This document shows, in pieces, positions 57,424 through 62,726 of a DNA stretch of 62,726 nucleotides. A program made the translations under genes and the position numbers. Within the stretch, counting starts at the first letter, position 1. Each line of letters opens with the position of its first letter. Under the pieces are notes generated by a model, which was not told where the DNA came from, ran no database searches, and was given only the letters and a program-made list of their open reading frames with translations. This DNA comes from Thermoproteota archaeon (GTDB taxonomy: Archaea; Korarchaeota; Korarchaeia; Korarchaeales; Korarchaeaceae): the NCBI GenBank assembly GCA_027491435.1, contig JAOZFG010000034.1:1-62726 (forward strand), given 5' to 3'.

Positions 57424-58298
57424 TAGGTGCAGACACCAGGGTATTAGTTCAGGGGATAACTGGCCGTACGGGCGAGTTCGCCACAAGGTACATGCTCGAG
57501 TATGGAACTAGAGTTGTTGGCGGCGTCACCCCGGGCCGGGGAGGGAGGAAGGTTTGGGGCGTACCAGTCTTCGACACGGTCTCTGAGGCAGTGGAGAAGG
57601 TGGGGCCCATTGACGCCTCGGTTGCTTTAGTCCCTCCCTCTCACATAAAGGAGGCCGTGCTTGAGGCCATAGATTCTGGGATAAAGTTAATACTGGTTCC
57701 CACGGAGAGGGTTCCCCTCCACGACGCCATGTACTTCCTGGCCTACGCGGAAAGGAAGGGTACCAGGGTGATAGGCCCCGGTTCCTTCGGAATTATAAGG
57801 CCGGGGGAGGCTGTGATGGGGTGGGTAGGCGGCTCCCTGGAGCTATCCAGGGAGGCGTTCAGGCCCGGGATCGTGGGGGTCATATCCAGGAGCGGAGGCC
57901 AGACGACCACCATATCCTGGGCTCTAAGCCAGGCTGGTCTGGGGGTCTCCTTAGCTGTACACGTGGGCTCAGAGCCCCTGGTCGGCACTACAGAGTACGA
58001 CGTCCTGGAGTTCATGGGCAAGGACGATAGAACCAAAGCGGTGGTCATATTCGCTGAGATAGGAGGGGTTCAAGAGGAGGAGGCCGCCGAGCTCATTAAG
58101 GAGTATGAGAAGCCTGTAGTAGCTTATGTGGCTGGAAGCATGCTCCCCAAGGGGATGAGATTCTCCCACGCTAGCGCCATCGTTGAAGGGGATAAGGGAT
58201 CGGCTGAAAGCAAGATAAGGGCCTTTAAGGAGTCGGGAGCTTTGGTTGCGTCCTCCCCTAAGGAAATCGTCGAGCTGGTTAGGAGGTCGGTAAAATGA
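57420..58298 (+). CDS. ADP-forming acyl-CoA synthetase alpha subunit (SucD-like)
   Basis: 'VLVQGITG', 'GGVTPGRGG', 'ISRSGG', 'EIGG', phospho-His 'FSHASAI'. Confidence 0.88.
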   Translation: MIGADTRVLVQGITGRTGEFATRYMLEYGTRVVGGVTPGRGGRKVWGVPVFDTVSEAVEKVGPIDASVALVPPSHIKEAVLEAIDSGIKLILVPTERVPLHDAMYFLAYAERKGTRVIGPGSFGIIRPGEAVMGWVGGSLELSREAFRPGIVGVISRSGGQTTTISWALSQAGLGVSLAVHVGSEPLVGTTEYDVLEFMGKDDRTKAVVIFAEIGGVQEEEAAELIKEYEKPVVAYVAGSMLPKGMRFSHASAIVEGDKGSAESKIRAFKESGALVASSPKEIVELVRRSVK

Positions 58299-59155
58299 TG
58301 AGGTCACTACTTTTCGTCCCGGCCAACAGCTGGAGGCTTCTCCTAAGCTCGGTCAAGTCTGAAGCGGACGCTGTCGTTCTAGACCTGGAGGACTCGGTCC
58401 CCATAGGGGAGAAGGAAACTGCCAGGTGGTTCGTCAAGGAGTTCCTTAGGGAGGTTAGAGACAGCTATAGGGGTAAGGTGTTCGTCAGGGTGAACGGGAT
58501 CGAGACTGGCCTCACAGAGGAGGATTTAAAGTACGTGGTCAACAGGGGCTTAGATGGGCTCGTCCTCCCTAAGGCGACCGCTGAGGGCGTGGTCAAGCTA
58601 ACTTCAATGGTCAAGCCTTTAGAATCTAGCGAGCTGAGGTTGCCCGTGATCCCCCTACTAGAGACCGCTAGAGGGGTCCTGGAAGCCAAGGAGGTCGTGT
58701 CACTGCCTAGGGTTCGAGCCTTGGCCTTTGGTATGGGCGATTACCTGAGGGAGCTAGGCTTGGACGTGAACGTGTCGGACCAGGAGTGGGAGGTGCTCTT
58801 CGCCAGGTCAATGGTGAGTACCTCGGCGGCCATGGGAAACGTCCCAGCCATAGACACGCCGTTCCTGGGGCTTATAATAGATAGGGAGGGTGTGAGGAGG
58901 CAGGCCCTGATAGCTAGGAGGCTGGGCTTCAGCGGGAAGTTCGCCATCCACCCATCGCACGTTCCGGTGATAAACGAGGTATTTACCCCCTCTGAGACCG
59001 AGGTCAGGGAGGCTGAGGAGATAGTTAGAGCCTACGAGGAAGCGGTAAGAAGGGGGCTAGGTGCCACCTCTCTGAGGGGGATGATGATAGACAGAATGAA
59101 TTACGAGAGGGCTAAGAGGTTGTTGAGGGAGGTAAGCGAACTTGACGGCGGTTGA
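58295..59155 (+). CDS. CitE/malyl-CoA/citramalyl-CoA lyase family CoA-ester lyase
   Basis: 'RSLLFVPA', 'DLEDSV', 'VRVN', 'LETARG', 'FGMGDY', 'GKFAIHP'. Confidence 0.88.
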   Translation: MMRSLLFVPANSWRLLLSSVKSEADAVVLDLEDSVPIGEKETARWFVKEFLREVRDSYRGKVFVRVNGIETGLTEEDLKYVVNRGLDGLVLPKATAEGVVKLTSMVKPLESSELRLPVIPLLETARGVLEAKEVVSLPRVRALAFGMGDYLRELGLDVNVSDQEWEVLFARSMVSTSAAMGNVPAIDTPFLGLIIDREGVRRQALIARRLGFSGKFAIHPSHVPVINEVFTPSETEVREAEEIVRAYEEAVRRGLGATSLRGMMIDRMNYERAKRLLREVSELDGG

Positions 59156-60392
59156 GGAGTTAGTTCAAAGCGTCTGGAACATGGAACCCAGTGAAGCCTC
59201 CCTGAAGGAGGCGTTAAAGGCCCTTGTTGATACGGTAAACGTGGCCATCCTGGGCTATAAGAGGTCGAAGGAAGCCAGGTCCTTTGCCGACTCCTTCGAC
59301 TGTACGGGCGAGGCGCTGGTCCTGGGCAGGTGGTCCAAGGCCTGCCCCACGGTGGCGGCCATGGTCAACGCCTTCTTAGCCCACTCCCTGGAGTACGATG
59401 ATTGGTTGAGGGCTGGTTACGTGCACGCCGGAAGCGTGGTTGTGCCCGTAGCCCTAGCGCTGGCTGAAAGCTGGGACGACCTGCTCAGGTCCCTGGTGGT
59501 GGGATATGAGGTCGCAGCTAGAGTGGGGGCGACCTTGGGGAGAAGTCACTATTCCAAGTGGCACACCACCAGCACAGCAGGCTCCTTCGGAGCTACGGCA
59601 ACGGCCTCAATGCTCATGGGCCTCAACGAAGAGGAGACGTCCCACGCACTTTCCATAGCTGGCTACTACGCCTCGGGCCTCTGGGGCTTCATATCATCGG
59701 GCTCCTCAGTTAAGCCCTTCAGCCCAGCCCATGCGGTCTTCGTAGGGATGAACGCAGCTAAGCTAGCCTCTCTAGGCGTTAGGACCAACCTCAGGGTCTT
59801 CGAGGATGAGAGGGGTGTTTGCGCTAATATGTCCGGGGAGTGCAACTTGGAGAAGTTGACGGAGCCGGGCTGGGATTATGCGATCCTTTTAAACGGGTAC
59901 AAGCTGTTCCCTACCTGTAGGCACACCCACACGGCAATAGCTGCTGCCCTATCCCTTAAAGGTGAATTCTCCGAGGTTCAGGTCCTCACCTTCAAGGAGG
60001 CGTTGAGGATAGCCAACATAAGATCTCCCAGGACTGTGGAAGAGGCTAGGTTTAGCACCTCCTTCCTCGTCTCCCTCGCCTTAACTTACGGCAAGGTGGA
60101 CCTGGACTCAATAAAGAGGGGGCTTAAAGACCTTAAGGTGATGAGGCTGGAGGACAGGGTGGTGGTAATGGAGGAGACAGCCCACACGGCAAGCTATCCC
60201 GAGGAGCAGCCGACCACCGTTAGGGTTCTAACGGAAAAGGGATGGCTGGAGAGCACCGTCATAATCCCACCTGGCGATCCAATGAACCCGGTGATCTTAG
60301 AGGATCTGCTAAAGAAGGTGGAAAATGAGTTCACCAGAAAGCTGGTGGAACAGGCCGAGGAAGGAGGAGCCCTTAGGCTTTCACCTCCCTGA
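59142..60392 (+). CDS. MmgE/PrpD family protein
   Basis: 'AHSLEYDD', 'HAGSVVVP', 'GYEV', 'WHTTST', 'KLFPTCRHTH'. Confidence 0.88.
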   Translation: MTAVEELVQSVWNMEPSEASLKEALKALVDTVNVAILGYKRSKEARSFADSFDCTGEALVLGRWSKACPTVAAMVNAFLAHSLEYDDWLRAGYVHAGSVVVPVALALAESWDDLLRSLVVGYEVAARVGATLGRSHYSKWHTTSTAGSFGATATASMLMGLNEEETSHALSIAGYYASGLWGFISSGSSVKPFSPAHAVFVGMNAAKLASLGVRTNLRVFEDERGVCANMSGECNLEKLTEPGWDYAILLNGYKLFPTCRHTHTAIAAALSLKGEFSEVQVLTFKEALRIANIRSPRTVEEARFSTSFLVSLALTYGKVDLDSIKRGLKDLKVMRLEDRVVVMEETAHTASYPEEQPTTVRVLTEKGWLESTVIIPPGDPMNPVILEDLLKKVENEFTRKLVEQAEEGGALRLSPP

Positions 60393-62238
60393 CCTCGCTG
60401 AGCTCCACCCTGCCATTCCCGTTCAGGTCCCTCCAGATGAGGTGGGTGACGGGCCCAACCTCCCTTGAGGATAACCAGAGCAGGGCAGCCCTGGTACCGT
60501 ACCTAGTGAGGCCTCCAGCCCAGACGAACCTGAAGTTCCCGCACCCCTTAACTAGGATGAGGGCCTCATCCTCCCTCCCGTAGCTGGCTTCCCTCAAGTT
60601 GAAGGGGTAGGGCCACCAGTTGACTGCAGGCCCCCCAACGAATATGAAGGTTGTAGCTAAGGAGGAATTTCTGAGGCCAACCCTGTCCACCGGAGATGGG
60701 GCTATGTAGATGGCCCCCTTAACAGTTAGCGAAGAATTCGACAGGTTGGAGAAGCTTAGGTATAAGGTCTCGGGGTACGTGCTGGCGTTCTTAAGAGACC
60801 AGTCATCAAAAGAAAACACGAGCCCGAAGTTCCTAGCTCCAGAGAGGCCGAGCACGTTATCCCACACGTCCACCACACAACCGTTAAGGGAGAAGTTCAG
60901 GTGTATCAGGCCCCCGGTATCCTCGCCCTTTACGTCGAACTCGTAGAAAGGCGGTTCATCACGGGGCTTTATCAGAACGTCATACCCTGGCCTCTCCTCA
61001 GGTATTACGTCAAACTGCACTCCCTTCCTGAGAAGTTCTTCCACCACCTTCCTGTACTCAGCCATGTACTTGGTGTCGGTCATGTCGTATGGCCCGTAGA
61101 CGTATGTGTCCACCCTGTCCCTTAACCTGTAGGAAAAGACCACAGCTACCCTAGCCGTGGACTTTTTAACGCCTGTGAGAGCCCAAACCAGCTTGAAGGC
61201 CTTTTTCCTGAACCCCTCTCCCACAGTGCCCGTCATGTAACAATCGGCGTTCGTCTCGAAGAATCCGTCGGCCATGGACAGGATTATCCCCAGCTGCCTT
61301 CCCGAGTCTACTGGGTCTGCGCCGTAGGTTAGAGGGATCATCACCTTAGAGCTGGACCTGACGTACTTGAGCTGAGCCACGAAGTGGGACCACATTGTGA
61401 AGTTGGCTTCCCTGAACCCCTTACACGGAGGTCCCACCTCGGGCACCTGGTATCCGCCGTAAAGGGAGGGCTCGAAGGCCAGCTCATTTCCCCAGTCTGT
61501 GGCGGAGCTTTCCACCAAGACGGGCACGTTAACTGAGGATGCTAGGTACCTGAGGTAGTCGGCGACGACTTGATGCCTCCACTCCATCCAGTCCCAGAAG
61601 GCTGGCCCCTCTAACTTTTTAGGGAGGTCGTGTCCATACCTGGATCTGAAGTCCTCAACGCCCCAAGGGGAGGCGTCAGGCCACAAGTCTTCCTTGTCCT
61701 CAGACAGGTAAGAGGGCATGTGGGGGACGTCCAGCCATATACCGTCGACTCCAGCCTTCTCCAGGTCTATTAGCAGCTCTTTAACCTTCTCCCTGTGAGG
61801 GGAGAGAGGAGACATCCAGTTTGAGTACTCGCCTTCCTCCAACCAGAAGAAGTCAGCTTCCCTCCAGGAAGCTGCGACAGGCCTTCCGTCAAGGGACCTC
61901 TGAACCCAGCTTAGGACCCCGTCGCTTATCACCTCTAAAGAGGGCACGTAGACCACCACCTTCAACCCATGAGCGTGAGCCCTCCTGACGACCTCCTTAA
62001 CCAGCTCTAGCTTATAGCTCCTATCTCCGTAGAAAGAGGACTCGTGGTTTAGGTCGACGTCTAGCTCTATCACGGAGACGCCCTGTTCCCTAAGTTTTAC
62101 CATGTCGGGTATGTCTTCAAGGGATTCCACGTAGACTGAGACTACCCTGGCGCCTACAAGCCAGCTCTCCTCAGCGCTCAAGGAATTGATAGAGAGTAAC
62201 CACAACGTTAGTAGAGCTAACCCTTTGCTGTTAGCCAA
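60373..62238 (-). CDS. Secreted putative glycoside hydrolase (TIM-barrel) with S-layer-like C-terminal domain
   Basis: Signal peptide; 'AHAHGLKVVVY', 'GVDGIWLD'; tail 'FVGGPAVN...GLTRYGTRAA...WRDLNGNG'. Confidence 0.6.
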   Translation of the reverse strand: MANSKGLALLTLWLLSINSLSAEESWLVGARVVSVYVESLEDIPDMVKLREQGVSVIELDVDLNHESSFYGDRSYKLELVKEVVRRAHAHGLKVVVYVPSLEVISDGVLSWVQRSLDGRPVAASWREADFFWLEEGEYSNWMSPLSPHREKVKELLIDLEKAGVDGIWLDVPHMPSYLSEDKEDLWPDASPWGVEDFRSRYGHDLPKKLEGPAFWDWMEWRHQVVADYLRYLASSVNVPVLVESSATDWGNELAFEPSLYGGYQVPEVGPPCKGFREANFTMWSHFVAQLKYVRSSSKVMIPLTYGADPVDSGRQLGIILSMADGFFETNADCYMTGTVGEGFRKKAFKLVWALTGVKKSTARVAVVFSYRLRDRVDTYVYGPYDMTDTKYMAEYRKVVEELLRKGVQFDVIPEERPGYDVLIKPRDEPPFYEFDVKGEDTGGLIHLNFSLNGCVVDVWDNVLGLSGARNFGLVFSFDDWSLKNASTYPETLYLSFSNLSNSSLTVKGAIYIAPSPVDRVGLRNSSLATTFIFVGGPAVNWWPYPFNLREASYGREDEALILVKGCGNFRFVWAGGLTRYGTRAALLWLSSREVGPVTHLIWRDLNGNGRVELSEVREVKA

Positions 62239-62552
62239 GCTAAGGCACCCACCAAGATGGAGAGAACTACTAGGATAGCGTGGGATGCCGTGAAGTAGAG
62301 GGGCTTAGAGAAGTCTAGAGCGGCGTCTAAGACCCTAGCGGCGTTAAAACCTGCCACCCATGCTAGAGGGATCTCAGACCACCTAACCGCTCTAAGGTAA
62401 CCGAAGGACAGGTAACAAAGGGCCAATACCACGTTCTCAGCCAGCAACCACCACAGAGGGTTGTGAAACACGTAAATCAACAGGACGTCTTGAACCAAGT
62501 AACCTGCCGTTAACAGGAGGGACAGGTACTTCAACGCCTTTGACGGAGACAT
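62217..62552 (-). CDS. Small hypothetical membrane protein
   Basis: Four hydrophobic segments; overlaps the next gene's start. Confidence 0.6.
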   Translation of the reverse strand: MSPSKALKYLSLLLTAGYLVQDVLLIYVFHNPLWWLLAENVVLALCYLSFGYLRAVRWSEIPLAWVAGFNAARVLDAALDFSKPLYFTASHAILVVLSILVGALAWLTAKG

Positions 62553-62613
62553 AAAATAGCAAGGTGTTGCACGATATAAGTTTATCGCGAACCAAAAAGG
62601 AGGGGAGGGGAGT

Positions 62614-62726
62614 TCAGCCGGCGGGCTTGGGCAGCCCTACCGGCACCACGACGACGGGCTTGACGGTGACCTTGGTGGGCGGCTTGGTGGGCTGTATTCC
62701 TATGACTATCACTGCCGGGGCGTTGT
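62614..62726 (-). CDS. 3' end of a CDS running off the window (Pro/Thr/Val-rich tail)
   Basis: '...NAPAVIVIGIQPTKPPTKVTVKPVVVVPVGLPKPAG*' followed by a pyrimidine/T-run terminator. Confidence 0.55.
   Translation of the reverse strand, partial: NAPAVIVIGIQPTKPPTKVTVKPVVVVPVGLPKPAG

Noticed and set aside
55973-58298. Labelling as sucC/sucD
   Set aside because: Beta-subunit substrate loop differs from SucC and the context is a lyase/PrpD operon.
3006-61125. Many short antisense or alternate-frame ORFs in the track (e.g. 3006-3347, 15395-15829, 44772-45419, 55377-55811)
   Set aside because: Shadows of well-supported genes with no recognisable motifs.

Overview
Gene-dense chromosomal segment of a hyperthermophilic archaeon. 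AGG/ATA-rich codons, GGTGA/GGAGG ribosome-binding sites, TATA promoters, a tungsten-type AOR, CydAA', arcadin-1 and a TackOD1-like protein suggest the TACK group, possibly Korarchaeota-like (inference). In order, it contains: a decayed IS/toxin-antitoxin patch; a Re-citrate-synthase-like + LeuCD-type hydratase + isocitrate-dehydrogenase-like operon; a 12-TM His-rich membrane protein; AOR/MoaD; a 2787-aa isopeptide-domain surface protein; phoU/pstS; aroA'/aroD; a broken AAA ATPase; a XerA-like recombinase; pyrC; vapBC; cydAA'; a MoxR/vWA cluster; an ABC exporter; and a CoA-ligase/ferredoxin/CitE/PrpD operon. No rRNA, tRNA, cas gene or full CRISPR array was seen. Best leads: (1) a 24-bp exact duplication around a 38-bp insert inside an ATPase gene, with the geometry of an off-target CRISPR spacer integration; (2) the CoA-ligase-ferredoxin-lyase-PrpD operon, for which I know no characterised equivalent; (3) a heme-copper-oxidase-like 12-TM protein with a non-canonical His pattern; (4) an oxidative TCA branch apparently built from leucine/lysine-pathway paralogs. 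All family calls are motif recognition by eye, not database results.
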